From Sphingomonadaceae bacterium (lineage in GTDB: Bacteria; Pseudomonadota; Alphaproteobacteria; Sphingomonadales; Sphingomonadaceae), in assembly GCA_046348605.1 (NCBI GenBank), contig JAXMDW010000001.1:712739-776738 (forward strand): a DNA stretch of 64,000 nucleotides. The letters are read 5' to 3'. A program made the translations under genes and the position numbers. Below, piece after piece: positions 61,614-64,000 of this stretch. Each line of letters opens with the position of its first letter. The first letter of the stretch is position 1. The notes under the pieces were generated by a model that worked only from the letters and a program-made list of their open reading frames with translations, was not told the origin of the DNA and did not search any database.

Positions 61614-61886
61614 ATGGGTGCGAATCATTCCGATACGGCGCACCGCCTGCGCCAGACGTTGCGCGACGCACTGTCTCTCAAGAACTCTGTAGAACTTGAG
61701 GCGGAAACGCCGCTGTTCGGCGCACTGCCGGAGCTGGACTCCATGGCCGTTGCGACGCTGCTGACCGAGATCGAAGACCGCTTCGGAATTGTGATCGACG
61801 ATGACGATGTCGATGGAGACACCTTCGAGACGTTCGGCGCGCTGACGGCGTTCGTCGAAGATAAGCTCGCCGCGCGCCGCCCCTGA
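61614..61886 (+). CDS. Stand-alone acyl/aminoacyl carrier protein
   Basis: Acidic protein of about 90 aa; LFGALPELDSMAV (phosphopantetheine Ser), IEDRFGI. Alternative start at 61593. Confidence 0.9.
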   Translation: MGANHSDTAHRLRQTLRDALSLKNSVELEAETPLFGALPELDSMAVATLLTEIEDRFGIVIDDDDVDGDTFETFGALTAFVEDKLAARRP

Positions 61887-61889
61887 TCC

Positions 61890-62855
61890 TTACTCCGCGG
61901 CTTGCGCGGCCTCGAATTCTGCCTCAGCCAGAAAACGCTCGGCATCCAGCGCCGCCATGCAGCCCATGCCCGCTGCCGTAACCGCCTGACGATAGACCTG
62001 ATCTGCCACGTCCCCTGCCGCGAACACACCAGGAATAGCGGTCTTGGAGCCGCCCTTCTCCACCACGAGATATCCGTTATCGAGTTCCAGCTTGCCCGCG
62101 AACAGCTCTGTCGATGGCTTGTGGCCGATCGCGACGAAAGCGCCGTCCGCCGCTTCGTGCGATGCCTCACCGGTCACGGTATCGATGAGATCGACGCCAA
62201 CCAGCCCTTCCGGGTCACCACCGCCGACAAAGCGCGCGACCTTCTTGTTCCACAACACCTTGATATTGGGGTGCGCAAACAGCCGCTCCTGCAAAATCTT
62301 CTCCGAACGCAGCGAATCGCGCCGGTGGATCAGGGTCACGTCCTGAGAGTGGTTGGTGAGGTAGAGCGCCTCTTCAACAGCGGTATTGCCGCCGCCGATC
62401 ACCACAACCTTCTTGCCGCGATAGAAAAAGCCGTCGCAGGTCGCGCAGGCGGAGACGCCCTTGCCCGAAAGCGCCTGCTCCCCTTCCACACCAAGCCATT
62501 GCGCCTGCGCACCGGTGCAGATGACAAGCGTATCGGCAGTGTAAACATCGCCGCCATCGCCGGTGAGCCGGAACGGGCGCTTGGAAAAATCGACATCGAC
62601 GATCTGGTCCCAGATCATCTCGGCGCCGACATGCTCGGCCTGCGCCTGCATCTCCTGCATCAGCCACGGCCCCTGAATCACTTCGCGAAAGCCGGGATAA
62701 TTCTCGACATCGGTGGTGATGGTGAGCTGGCCGCCCGGCTGCATGCCCTGCACCACGAGCGGCTTCATCCCCGCGCGCGCGCCATAAATGGCGGCAGACA
62801 GGCCTGCCGGGCCGGAGCCAAGGATCAACATGCGTGTGTGTCTGGTGGTGGTCAT
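61890..62855 (-). CDS. trxB: Thioredoxin reductase
   Basis: GSGPAG, GGQL, CATCDG, GGGNTA.EEA, AAGDV.D..YRQA. Confidence 0.97.
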   Translation of the reverse strand: MTTTRHTRMLILGSGPAGLSAAIYGARAGMKPLVVQGMQPGGQLTITTDVENYPGFREVIQGPWLMQEMQAQAEHVGAEMIWDQIVDVDFSKRPFRLTGDGGDVYTADTLVICTGAQAQWLGVEGEQALSGKGVSACATCDGFFYRGKKVVVIGGGNTAVEEALYLTNHSQDVTLIHRRDSLRSEKILQERLFAHPNIKVLWNKKVARFVGGGDPEGLVGVDLIDTVTGEASHEAADGAFVAIGHKPSTELFAGKLELDNGYLVVEKGGSKTAIPGVFAAGDVADQVYRQAVTAAGMGCMAALDAERFLAEAEFEAAQAAE

Positions 62856-62992
62856 CGCTCGTCCCGTCTTGATCTGATCTACTGGCAGATAAGAATGTCC
62901 TGCGCGAACGCAAGAGAAGAGATTCTATGGCGGCTGATGAAAGCCCTTTTCGGTTCGTCGCACTACCGGGGCAAGTCGACAAATTCTTATTG

Positions 62993-63009
62993 TCTATTAT
63001 TTTAGTAGA
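62993..63009. promoter_or_regulatory. AT-rich near-palindromic operator (possibly Rrf2 family)
   Basis: TCTATTA-TTT-TAGTAGA: 7-3-7 inverted repeat with one mismatch, between the divergent trxB and hydrolase genes. Confidence 0.5.
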
Positions 63010-63050
63010 ATTATGAATACCCCATGTCATCGCCCCAAAGGAACCGCTTT

Positions 63051-63725
63051 ATGGCCTATGCATATGCTAATACACCGCCCCTCGCCGCGCAGGATCCCAT
63101 CATCCTGACCGTCCCCGGCCTCGGTAACAGCGGGCCGCGCCATTGGCAGTCCCTATGGGAGAATGACCGCGACAATATGGAGCGGATCGAGATGGAGGCG
63201 TGGGATGCGCCGGTGCGCACGCTGTGGGTCAACAAGCTCAACCTCGCCATCCGTCGCTATGCGGACCGGCCCGTCATACTGGTGGCTCACAGCCTTGGCT
63301 GCCTCGCAGTGGCGTGGTGGGCTCAGTATGAGCGCCCCGCTTATGGCACGCCTGTCGCGGGTGCTCTGCTGGTCGCGCCGCCGGAGGTCGATGTCGCGCC
63401 ACTGAAGCAGGAATTGCTGCCCTTCGCGCCGACGCCGACCATCCATCTGCCCTTCCCCTCGATCCTCGTCGCCAGCCGAAACGATCCCTTCATGACGTTC
63501 GAGCGCGCCCGCCGCCTCGCCACTTTCTGGGGCAGCGGCTTCGTCGATGCTGGCGCCGCAGGTCATATCAACGCCGACTCGGCGCTTGGTAAATGGAGTT
63601 ATGGCCGCAGCCTGCTCGACCGCTTGGTGAACCACGTGCAGGGCAGTCGCGCGCAGCAACCGCTGTTCGACGATCGCGAAGTTCATTATGCGGCAGACTA
63701 CCCGCTTTGGAGCAGCACCCTATAG
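63051..63725 (+). CDS. RBBP9/YdeN family alpha/beta hydrolase
   Basis: VPGL.NSG..HWQ, AHSLGC, LVAPP, SRNDP, GHIN; AAGGA RBS before ATG 63051. Confidence 0.9.
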   Translation: MAYAYANTPPLAAQDPIILTVPGLGNSGPRHWQSLWENDRDNMERIEMEAWDAPVRTLWVNKLNLAIRRYADRPVILVAHSLGCLAVAWWAQYERPAYGTPVAGALLVAPPEVDVAPLKQELLPFAPTPTIHLPFPSILVASRNDPFMTFERARRLATFWGSGFVDAGAAGHINADSALGKWSYGRSLLDRLVNHVQGSRAQQPLFDDREVHYAADYPLWSSTL

Positions 63726-63731
63726 TCGGAA

Positions 63732-64000
63732 TTATTCCACCGTCACGGATTTGGCGAGGTTGCGCGGCTGATCGACATCCGTGCCCTTCGCCACCGCGAC
63801 ATGATAAGCGAGGAGCTGGACCGGCACGGCGTAGACGAGCGGCGCGATGAGCGGGTGCACCTCGGGCATCGCGATCACGCCCATGCAGTTCTCGCCCGCC
63901 TGCGCGATCCCTTCGGCGTCGGAGATCAGCACCACCTTGCCGCCGCGCGCCTGCACCTCCTGCATGTTGGAGACGGTTTTCTCGAACAGCGGGCCGGACG
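63732..64000 (-). CDS. glmS: Glutamine--fructose-6-phosphate transaminase, C-terminal end (partial)
   Basis: EVQARGG...QLLAYH...[15 protein letters not shown] terminus. Confidence 0.95.
   Translation of the reverse strand, partial: SGPLFEKTVSNMQEVQARGGKVVLISDAEGIAQAGENCMGVIAMPEVHPLIAPLVYAVPVQLLAYHVAVAKGTDVDQPRNLAKSVTVE

Noticed and set aside
1-64000. tRNA, rRNA, CRISPR array, integrase, transposase or prophage genes
   Set aside because: None seen; intergenic gaps are short and show no cloverleaf or regularly spaced repeats. The GH25 gene has no phage neighbours.

Overview
High-GC alphaproteobacterial chromosome segment, very likely Sphingomonadales. The basis is the gene order and an rpsB-tsf-pyrH-frr-uppS-cdsA-dxr-rseP-bamA-skp-fabZ cluster with no lpxD/lpxA/lpxB. 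Most of the window is core genome: hrpB, ispB, radA, selO, astD-like, a siroheme/sulfite/APS-reduction operon, dnaB, dcd, rpmE, psd/pssA, icd, secA, argJ, trxB and glmS. The right third (45.1-61.9 kb) is an exosortase A (XrtA/PEP-CTERM) exopolysaccharide locus. The best candidate for an undescribed system lies at its end: an amino-acid adenylation enzyme, a fold-III PLP decarboxylase, a stand-alone carrier protein and a GNAT transferase. This resembles the carrier-tethered beta/gamma-aminoacyl modules of antibiotic pathways (VinN/VinL/VinO, BtrI/BtrK), here apparently attached to polysaccharide decoration. Other notable items are a LexA-box-controlled small membrane protein gene, an AT-rich orphan gene flanked by a 10-bp direct repeat, an AT-rich loop segment inside bamA, a GH25 protein lacking its catalytic acids, and a FabX-like Fe-S flavoprotein. 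No rRNA, tRNA, CRISPR array or transposase was seen. All family calls come from motif recognition by eye, not database searches.
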